From positions 1,890,001 to 1,922,000 of the forward strand of contig NC_013967.1 of assembly GCF_000025685.1 (NCBI RefSeq): a stretch of DNA of 32,000 nucleotides, written 5' to 3'. The stretch is from Haloferax volcanii DS2 (GTDB lineage Archaea; Halobacteriota; Halobacteria; Halobacteriales; Haloferacaceae). A program made the position numbers and the translations under genes. Under the pieces are notes generated by a model. The model was not told where the DNA came from. It saw only the letters and a list, made by a program, of their open reading frames with translations, and made no database searches. Of this stretch, positions 25,383 through 32,000 are shown piece after piece (the stretch's first letter is position 1; each line of letters begins with the position of its first letter).

Positions 25383-26003
25383 TCAGCGGTAAATCCGATC
25401 AGCGAGGTGCTCTTGAATCTCGCTGTGCAGCAGTTCGCTATCGATTGACTCTGTCGTTGCTTGCCGAAACAGGACCCCATCGACGAATGTGATGATGTGC
25501 TCGCTCGTCCGCTCCGGATTCACCGGCTTGAACTCGCCTTGGTCGATTCCTGCTTCGATTGTTTCGGTGAGCCGCCGTTTGATGTCTTCCTCTGAGTCGG
25601 TGAAAATGGCTCGATAATCCGGATTCGAAATCGATTGCGTCCGTAGTTCGACGTACGTCTTTGCGAGCTGTGTCAGCTCCGTCTCCGACTCACACCCCAC
25701 CGGCGGAATCGTGATAAACAGCGTCAAAAAGTGTTCGAGCTCGTCACGGGGTGTTGTCTCTTCCTGCCCGAATATCTGCTCAAGAAACCGCTCGTGAGCG
25801 ACATCGAGGAACTCTGCCAGCAATGACTCCTTGTCGTCGTAGTAGTGGTAGATAACCGATTTGCTGATGCCGACCCGGTCAGCGATTTGCGAGATGGAGA
25901 TTCCGTTGTATCCGGACTCGAGCAATATCTGGTGGGTCGCTTCGAGGATCGCCTGCTGTGTCTGATGGCGATCGGAGTCTGCTGAATCCGAGAAGTAGGT
26001 CAT
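25383..26003 (-). CDS. TetR/AcrR-family transcriptional regulator
   Basis: 206 aa. The N-terminal HTH ILEATHQILLESGYNGISISQIADRVGISKSVIYHYYDDKESLL is a classic TetR_N domain. Confidence 0.9.
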   Translation of the reverse strand: MTYFSDSADSDRHQTQQAILEATHQILLESGYNGISISQIADRVGISKSVIYHYYDDKESLLAEFLDVAHERFLEQIFGQEETTPRDELEHFLTLFITIPPVGCESETELTQLAKTYVELRTQSISNPDYRAIFTDSEEDIKRRLTETIEAGIDQGEFKPVNPERTSEHIITFVDGVLFRQATTESIDSELLHSEIQEHLADRIYR

Positions 26004-26181
26004 AAATTCCGTTATCGTCAGTACGAGGCTAACGAAGCTAGCGCCGATTCGAAGTTAAACGTGTCGTTAGCTGGGACAGCAGTCCGAGAAATCGCGCAAC
26101 TCCGCGCGGTCGTGGGGCGACCCCCAGTGCTCGCCACCGCTCTGTGGCGTCGTCTCGCGACGTTTATCGACCCCCGTGCGT

Positions 26182-27294
26182 TCACGCGTCGCCCGAGTCA
26201 CCTGCGTCCGCAACGGCTTGGAGCGCGGTCAACTGTGCGGTCGGGTTAATCCCGCCGAGGAGGACTAACACGCTGAGGGCGTCCGCATCCGGCCGGGGGT
26301 CGTCGCCGTTCCGAACCTCCAGGCTCCCCGTCTGCTCTTCGATCCAGCCTTGGTTCTGACTAATCGCGTCTCGGTTGAGCCATGCCGGTCGCCCGGTGAT
26401 AACGAGCAGGCCGCGGGACGCAGAGCCGATATCGCAGGAGAGCGTCAGCTGTCCGCGGACGGCTTCCCGCGTCTGTGTCGTGATTCGGTTGAGCGAGTCG
26501 ATCTGGTCGACGGACTCGGCGTCGTCACCCACGAGTCGCTTGAGACGCCCCACCACGCTCGTATCGCGCGGCGGGAGCGGGCGCTCGGAGTACCCCAGCG
26601 TTGCGAGTCCGCCGCCGCGAAGCGTGTTCATAATCTCCGAGGCGTCGACGACGCTCGCGCCGACGTCGTCGGCGGTCGTGACCTCGCCCGCTGCGAAGAG
26701 CGTGCCGAGACGGCGTGCGAGCTCCGCGTTGAGCGTGTCGTACGCCTCGTCGGAGATCGGTTCGTCTTCGTTTTTGACCCACGCCGCCGTGTCGAAGCCG
26801 AAGACGTGGTCGGTCTTCGACACGAGTTGGCGGAGCGACCGCAACGTGTTCGACGCGTGCTGTTGGTCCGTCGTCGCCGTCGAGAAGATGCCGACGCCGT
26901 ACACCGGCTGGTCGTACACCTCCGAGAGCCGCTCGGCGAGCACCGCGGCGGTCGGGCCGCCGGTCCCGCCGCCGAGACCGGCACAGACGACGAAGGCGTC
27001 GCTCGCTGCAATCGGCGCGTCGTCGGTCGGTTCGAGGAGTTTTCGATGCTCGTCTGCGGCGGCGGCAGCGCCGCGCTCGGCGTCACCGTCGAAGCCCTGT
27101 CCGTTGGTTTCGGTCGCACCGAACAGCGCGCGTGCGTCTTCGGGAATCAGCTCTAAGGCGTCGAGGTCGGCCGCGGTCGTATCGCAGGCGGCCGCGCCGC
27201 TGATGAAATCCGGGTTGCGCTGTCGTTCGTACTCCAGCAGTTGTTCGACGACTCTCCCTCCTGCCTTCCCTGCTCCAAAGCAGAACACGTTCAT
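26182..27294 (-). CDS. cetZ: CetZ-family tubulin/FtsZ-superfamily GTPase (divergent paralog)
   Basis: 370 aa with [22 protein letters not shown] (T1 loop) and [22 protein letters not shown] (tubulin signature region). [45 protein letters not shown] and [17 protein letters not shown] match my memory of haloarchaeal CetZ proteins. Confidence 0.8.
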
Positions 27295-27321
27295 GTTGTC
27301 TGCTCTGCGACGTACCGAGCG

Positions 27322-27329
27322 AAAAAAAT
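27322..27329 (-). promoter_or_regulatory. ATTTTTTT tract (minus strand): TATA-like box for cetZ and/or oligo-T terminator of the RND gene
   Basis: The plus-strand aaaaaaat at 27322-27329 lies 28-35 nt upstream of the cetZ ATG (27294) and ~86 nt downstream of the RND stop (27415). Confidence 0.35.
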
Positions 27330-27414
27330 CCCGGTCTCTCGCGGCTTCGCGCGACGCCCCGTTGGACTCCGGGACGTGCCGGCGGTTCGGCTTTCAGCGT
27401 GAGCGTCGTCGGGG

Positions 27415-29934
27415 TTACACCGCACCGCCGGCGCCGTCCGGGCCGCTCGCCGCGTCGGTCGACTCGGCGTCTTCGCCGTGGACGAGTCGCGCCCAGACGA
27501 CGAGTGCCGGCGGTAAGACGACGAGCGAGGCCACGTACGAGTACAGAATCGAGACCCCGGTCAGGAGTCCGAACTGGCCGAGAATCGGCGTAATCGCGAT
27601 GACGAGCACGCCGATTCCGGTCACCGTCGTCAGCATACTGCCGGTGAGCGCGCCACCGGTCCCGCGCACCGAATCGGTCAGCGCAGCGAAGACGTCCGTG
27701 CCCTCGTCGTACTCCTCGGCGAACCGGTGGACGAGGTGCGCCGAGTAGTCGATACCGAGGCCGATCCCGATCGACAGGATCGTTCCGGTCATCACGTTGA
27801 ACGGGATATCGAGATAGCGCATCGTCGCGGCGATCCCGGCGACGGTCACCATGATCGGGACCAGATTCACAATCCCGAGCGAGGGCCGGCCTTCGAGCAG
27901 GGTATAGATGATGATGAGGAAGACCGCGGAGCCGCCGAGCGCGAGCACGAGGCTGATGAACGCCGACTGCGCGATGACGTCCGAGACGGCCTTCAGTATC
28001 ACGACGTTGCCGGTGGCCGTCGCCTTGACGCGGTAGCGGTCGGCGACCGCGCGCGTGTCTTCGGTCACGTCGGCCTGACTGGCGTCGGATTCGACCGCGT
28101 ACTCGACGCGTGCGGAGGTGTAATCGTCGGTGATGTAGTTGAGCGCCTGACCGCGCGCAGGCGAGTCAAGGAGCTCGTCGTAGATCTGCTTGAGGTTGTC
28201 GTCGGGGATGCCGTTCGCGTCGCGGTCGTTCCGAGCGACGAGCGCCGCGAACTCGGGGTCCCGCTCCGCGTAGCTCTGGATGACGGTGATGATACTCGTC
28301 TCCCGCGCGTGGCCGTCGTCGACGACGAAGCTGTCGGGGGGGCTGTCTCCCGCCCGCCAGATGGATTCTAAGGTACCACCGTCCGTAAGCGACCCCTCGA
28401 CGTACACCGTCGTGACGTCTTCCTCGCCGGTCTGGAAGTTGTCTTCGAGGAAGTTCGTCGTCTCGGTCACGGTGTAGTCACGCGGTTGTAGCTGTTGGGG
28501 GAACAGTTCGAGATACTCCGGGTTGTCCTCCGGCGGGAGGAACGAATCCTGCGTGAAGCGACTGTCGACGCCCGACCCGTAGTACCCCATCCACACGGTA
28601 CTCACGACCAGCAGGACGAGGAACGCCTTCGGGGCGAGGCGCGCGATGTGAATCCCGACCGGGAGAATCTTCCCGAGGACCGAGTCTTCCGCACCGAGTG
28701 GTTCGGACCCGAACTCGGGGAAGCCGACCCGCTCTCGGAGGCTGTCGAGATACACCTTCGCCGCCGGCAGGAAGATGCCGAAGATGAAGAAGGTAAACAC
28801 GATGCCGACAGCCGCGACGATACCGAAGTCGCGGATGGGCCCGAGTTCGCTCGACGCGTTGGCCGCGAAGCCGATGACCGTCGTTCCCGTCACGATAGTG
28901 AACGCGACGAGAAGTTGGTCGGTCGCCGTCCGCATCGACTCGTGGATGCCGAAGCCCTCGGTCCGCTCTTCGCGGTAGCGATTGATGGCGTGAATCCCGA
29001 AGTCGATGCCGACCGCGAGGAGAAGCGGCGGAACCGCGATGAGCATCTGTGAGAACGCGATTCCGGCCAAGCCCATGAAGCCGAACGTCCAGAGGACGGC
29101 CATCGCCAGCGAGATGACCCCGATCAGGAGGTCGATTGGGTCGCGGTACGCGAACACCAAGAAAAACAGGATCAAGACGACCGCCGCCGGCACGACGAGT
29201 GCGAGCGAATCGCCGATGACCGAGGAGAACTCCTCGGAGAGGATTCCGCTGCCGAACACCCGGATATCCCCGCCGACGGAGCCGACGATGAACTCGGCGT
29301 GGCGTTGAATCTCCGTCAGCGGGCTGTCGCCGCCCGTCCCGGCCGAGTCGGACACCTCCGTCGTGAGCGAGTGCGTGACGATGCCGATCGTCGCGGACGC
29401 CGACGCGGAACGCGCGTTGAAGTCCTCGCTCAGACTCGACCGAACCGACGGGTTTTGTTCGACGGCGACTTGGACTGCGCGGTCGATTTCCGTCGGCGTC
29501 GCCTGTTCGACGGCGTCGATCTCTTCGTCGATGGTTGTCGCCGAGGGGTCTATGGCTCTGGCGACGGCGCGGGCGACGCTCGTCGTCTGTACGACAGATA
29601 GCTCGGGATTGGCCTGCAACCGCTGTTGAGCCTTGAGCATCCTGAGTAGCTCGGGCTTCGACAGGACGTTCGATCCCGATTGGATGAGCTGTGTCGTACC
29701 GGTGTCTTCCTCGAACGTCACCCGCTCGAAGTTGTCGTTGACCTCTTCGAACGCTTGGTACGCGGCGACATCTTCGGTAAACTGACTGGTTCCAGACGAG
29801 GTTCCAGACTGTCCGAGTCCGGCGGAAAACCCCGCCGAAAGCAGTAAGAAGACGAGGAGCACCGTCTTCGGCTGGTCGACTATCCAGCCGTCGACGACGT
29901 CGATGTAGTGCTGGTAATCGATCTGGAGGTCCAT
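27415..29934 (-). CDS. RND-superfamily (MMPL/COG1033-type) exporter
   Basis: 839 aa with two 6-TM bundles, each preceded by a large extracytoplasmic domain. MMPL/SSD-like blocks include FSQMLIAVPPLLLAVGIDFGIH and MTGTILSIGIGLGIDYSAHLVHRF. The ATG is 3 nt after the upstream gene's stop. Confidence 0.85.
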   Translation of the reverse strand: MDLQIDYQHYIDVVDGWIVDQPKTVLLVFLLLSAGFSAGLGQSGTSSGTSQFTEDVAAYQAFEEVNDNFERVTFEEDTGTTQLIQSGSNVLSKPELLRMLKAQQRLQANPELSVVQTTSVARAVARAIDPSATTIDEEIDAVEQATPTEIDRAVQVAVEQNPSVRSSLSEDFNARSASASATIGIVTHSLTTEVSDSAGTGGDSPLTEIQRHAEFIVGSVGGDIRVFGSGILSEEFSSVIGDSLALVVPAAVVLILFFLVFAYRDPIDLLIGVISLAMAVLWTFGFMGLAGIAFSQMLIAVPPLLLAVGIDFGIHAINRYREERTEGFGIHESMRTATDQLLVAFTIVTGTTVIGFAANASSELGPIRDFGIVAAVGIVFTFFIFGIFLPAAKVYLDSLRERVGFPEFGSEPLGAEDSVLGKILPVGIHIARLAPKAFLVLLVVSTVWMGYYGSGVDSRFTQDSFLPPEDNPEYLELFPQQLQPRDYTVTETTNFLEDNFQTGEEDVTTVYVEGSLTDGGTLESIWRAGDSPPDSFVVDDGHARETSIITVIQSYAERDPEFAALVARNDRDANGIPDDNLKQIYDELLDSPARGQALNYITDDYTSARVEYAVESDASQADVTEDTRAVADRYRVKATATGNVVILKAVSDVIAQSAFISLVLALGGSAVFLIIIYTLLEGRPSLGIVNLVPIMVTVAGIAATMRYLDIPFNVMTGTILSIGIGLGIDYSAHLVHRFAEEYDEGTDVFAALTDSVRGTGGALTGSMLTTVTGIGVLVIAITPILGQFGLLTGVSILYSYVASLVVLPPALVVWARLVHGEDAESTDAASGPDGAGGAV

Positions 29935-29937
29935 TAG

Positions 29938-31572
29938 TTACTCGTCCGTGTTGAAGCGCCGCCAGCCGAACACACCGAGCACGCCGATAACGATGACTGC
30001 ACCGACGATTAGCCCGACCGGGAGGCCGCCGCCCTCTGACTCGATTACTTCGATGGGCGTGGTGTACGTCTGGGAGACTTCCGTGTCACCGTCCGGCATC
30101 TCGTACTGGAAGTCGAACGAGACCGGGTAGCGCTTCGGCAGCGCGTTGGCCCCGGCGCTCAGCGCAATCGTGAACTCTTCGGATTCTCCCGGCGGGAGTT
30201 CGCTGATGATTCCCTCGTCGTTGCCGCTACTGAGCGGGTCGCTGACGAACGCCTTCGCTTCGATGTTCGTGAGCGGCTCGTCGCCGTTGTTGGTGACCCG
30301 AACGCGGAGCGCTCTCTCACTGCCCGCTTCGATGGTGTTGTTGGCGACCTCGACGACGAAGCGGTCCCGATGCGGCGCGATTTCGGCGTTGGTCGTGAGA
30401 CTGTCGCTGACCCGCGTGTTGCCGCGGCTGTTGCGGTACGCCACCGAGAGGTTGAGCTGTTGGACGTTCGCGTTCGCGGCGTCACTCACGCCGACCTCGT
30501 ACGAGAAGTCGGCGCTGTCGCCGGGTTCGAGGTCCGGCAGCGCGTACTCGGACGTCTCGACGTTGATGTTCGGGTTGTTCGAACTGAACCGGAGCACCGG
30601 GTCGTCGACGCGTTTCGGCCCGTTGTTGATGACCGTCCCCGAGACCGTTCCGTCCGCGCCGACACGGAGGTTCGTAGAGACGTTTTCGAGGGCGAAGCTC
30701 TGTTCTTCAGCGGCGGTGACGCCGATGTTCAGCGTTCGCGACGTTCGAGCGATGCCGTCCGTATCGGTGTAGTCGACGTCGAGATTAACGGTGTAGCCGC
30801 GAACCGTTGCGTCCTCGGCGAGCGATACCGTGTAGTTGACCGTCCGACGTTCGCCGACGGCCCAGCGGCCGACCTGCGCGGTCGAACTCGCCGAGCCCGT
30901 CCCGAACGTGAGTTCGTCGCTCCGCGAGGTCGCCGTGACGCTCGCTTCGGTCGCGGCGCGGGTGCCGGTGTTTTCGATCGTCACGGAGAGGTCGCCGGTG
31001 TTCCCGACCTGCGCCGTCGACGACGTCTCGACGACTTCGAACCGTGGCTGGTCGCGCACGCGAACCGTCACGTAGTGGGTTCTCGTCCGCGTGTTGTCCG
31101 TGTACTCGGCCCCCGACGGGTCGTAATCGACGAGTCGGGTGTACGTGTACGACACCTCGACCGGGATTCGATACGTCCCGGGGGTCGCGTTCTCGGAGAC
31201 CGTGATATCTATCGGCGAGAGGTCGACGGTCCCCATCGGGACGTTTCCAGCGCCGATTGTGCCGGTGTTAATCTCGACCGGGGCGTCCCCCGGGCGTGCC
31301 TCGACCGTGACGCCACGGGCCGTTGTCACGCGACTCTCGTATCGTTCCGGACCCGATTGGTCGATCTCACCGTTGTTTTGGAGCGTGAGCCTGAGCTGGG
31401 ACTGCGTTCCGGGCTCGAACTCACTCGTCGACGTGAAGACGTCGATGTCGGGAGAGCCGTACACTTGCCCCGAACTCGCGGTCTGGGCGACGACTGGAGC
31501 GACCATCGAGGTAGTCAGCAGGGAGACGAGACAGAGAGCGAGTAGCGTAGAACGAACTGTGTTCCTGTACAT
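29938..31572 (-). CDS. COG1361-type S-layer-domain/CARDB-repeat surface protein with signal peptide and C-terminal TM anchor
   Basis: 544 aa with signal peptide MYRNTVRSTLLALCLVSLLTTSMVAPVVA and four or more repeats of the pattern x-V-x-V-x-N-x-G (LRLTLQNNGEI, LSVTIENTGTRAA, VSGTVINNGPKRV, LRVRVTNNGDEPL). The C-terminus is GLIVGAVIVIGVLGVFGWRRF. Confidence 0.8.
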   Translation of the reverse strand: MYRNTVRSTLLALCLVSLLTTSMVAPVVAQTASSGQVYGSPDIDVFTSTSEFEPGTQSQLRLTLQNNGEIDQSGPERYESRVTTARGVTVEARPGDAPVEINTGTIGAGNVPMGTVDLSPIDITVSENATPGTYRIPVEVSYTYTRLVDYDPSGAEYTDNTRTRTHYVTVRVRDQPRFEVVETSSTAQVGNTGDLSVTIENTGTRAATEASVTATSRSDELTFGTGSASSTAQVGRWAVGERRTVNYTVSLAEDATVRGYTVNLDVDYTDTDGIARTSRTLNIGVTAAEEQSFALENVSTNLRVGADGTVSGTVINNGPKRVDDPVLRFSSNNPNINVETSEYALPDLEPGDSADFSYEVGVSDAANANVQQLNLSVAYRNSRGNTRVSDSLTTNAEIAPHRDRFVVEVANNTIEAGSERALRVRVTNNGDEPLTNIEAKAFVSDPLSSGNDEGIISELPPGESEEFTIALSAGANALPKRYPVSFDFQYEMPDGDTEVSQTYTTPIEVIESEGGGLPVGLIVGAVIVIGVLGVFGWRRFNTDE

Positions 31573-31887
31573 CAGTACGTTTCAGACGTGTGATGGAGGG
31601 AAGTGATTTGACAAGACGCTCTGAGTAAAACCTGTGTATACATCTCTACTAACAGTAGAGACACACAACTAATATCTTTTGTGGACACCGGTCGGTGAAT
31701 CAACAAGAAGCCCCTCGTTTGACGGGGTCAATCACGTCAAACGAGCGGTTATCGGGGACCCGTACTGACCGATGACGGAATCCAAACGAAAAACTAGATT
31801 CTCAACTGACCTGTGGGCCGCCTGCAGGCGTTTGAGGATGGTGACTGTGACAGAAAGTACTTACTGCCGGACCAGATAGTCAGGGGT

Positions 31888-32000
31888 ATGTGTCCACGGA
31901 CCCGCTCGATACGAACATTATCTGTTATTTTCTTGTTGATTCTCGGCCTCATGGTGATTCCCGGCGGTGCAATCGCGGTGTCTGCGTCGGAATCGACAGA
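31888..32000 (+). CDS. 5' end of a secreted/membrane protein gene (partial, runs off window)
   Basis: My own translation: MCPRTRSIRTLSVIFLLILGLMVIPGGAIAVSASEST..., a signal-peptide-like N-terminus. Only 37 codons are visible. Confidence 0.3.
   Translation, partial: MCPRTRSIRTLSVIFLLILGLMVIPGGAIAVSASEST

Noticed and set aside
24071-25480. 469-aa minus-strand ORF antisense to the CARDB-like gene
   Set aside because: Extremely Arg-rich and not acidic like real haloarchaeal proteins. The plus-strand frame has a signal peptide, repeats and an anchor. This is a GC-driven shadow ORF.
26028-26071. 8-bp inverted repeat GCTAACGA/TCGTTAGC upstream of the TetR gene as an auto-operator
   Set aside because: It is too short and too widely spaced (28 nt) to distinguish from chance in a ~180-bp spacer. 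Noted only as a place to look if TetR binding is tested.
26375-27748. 457-aa plus-strand ORF antisense to cetZ and the RND 3' end (also 26350..27156 and 26628..27119)
   Set aside because: S/A/R/P-rich low-complexity sequence that crosses an intergenic spacer. The opposite frame encodes a clear tubulin-family protein.
30370-31545. 391-aa plus-strand ORF antisense to the COG1361 gene (and 30146..30772, 31139..31606)
   Set aside because: Arg/Val/Asp-rich shadow frames. The minus-strand product has a signal peptide, repeated Ig-like modules and a TM anchor.
1-32000. Search for CRISPR arrays, rRNA and tRNA genes
   Set aside because: The only tandem repeats are two-copy (21 bp and 26 bp) with no spacers. 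No cloverleaf-compatible segments or rRNA-like conserved strings were recognised by eye.

Overview
High-GC haloarchaeal chromosomal window (acidic proteins, short or leaderless-style promoters, Haloferax-like gene content). About 2.4-15.4 kb is a visibly AT-rich accessory island of lipid-linked glycan assembly genes: two divergent alkaline-phosphatase/sulfatase-like paralogs, two GT4 and one GT2 glycosyltransferases, a ~586-aa polytopic GT-C/Wzy-like membrane protein and a Wzx/MOP flippase. Three high-GC IS copies interrupt it: a truncated and a full ISH3/ISH51-like element in direct orientation, plus an IS4-like element nested into the truncated one. The island abuts native high-GC dTDP-rhamnose genes (rmlC-rmlA-zinc-ribbon micro-ORF, rmlD, rmlB-Nudix) and a Dol-P-sugar-synthase-like GT2. 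From memory this resembles the Haloferax volcanii low-salt N-glycosylation (agl5-agl15) locus; I cannot verify that here. The left flank holds a GT-B C-terminal half-gene next to a free-standing HTH-LAGLIDADG gene and a small wHTH gene. The right part holds a PilA-like type IV pilin, small secreted and membrane proteins, a CARDB-like surface protein with twin palindromic operator-like sites, and a co-directional TetR, CetZ (tubulin-like), RND/MMPL exporter and COG1361 S-layer-like cluster. No rRNA, tRNA or CRISPR array was seen. Best leads: the uncharacterised polytopic membrane protein as candidate AglB-independent transferase or polymerase; the IS-bracketed deletable cassette; the HTH-LAGLIDADG/half-GT junction; the envelope-export/CetZ neighbourhood.
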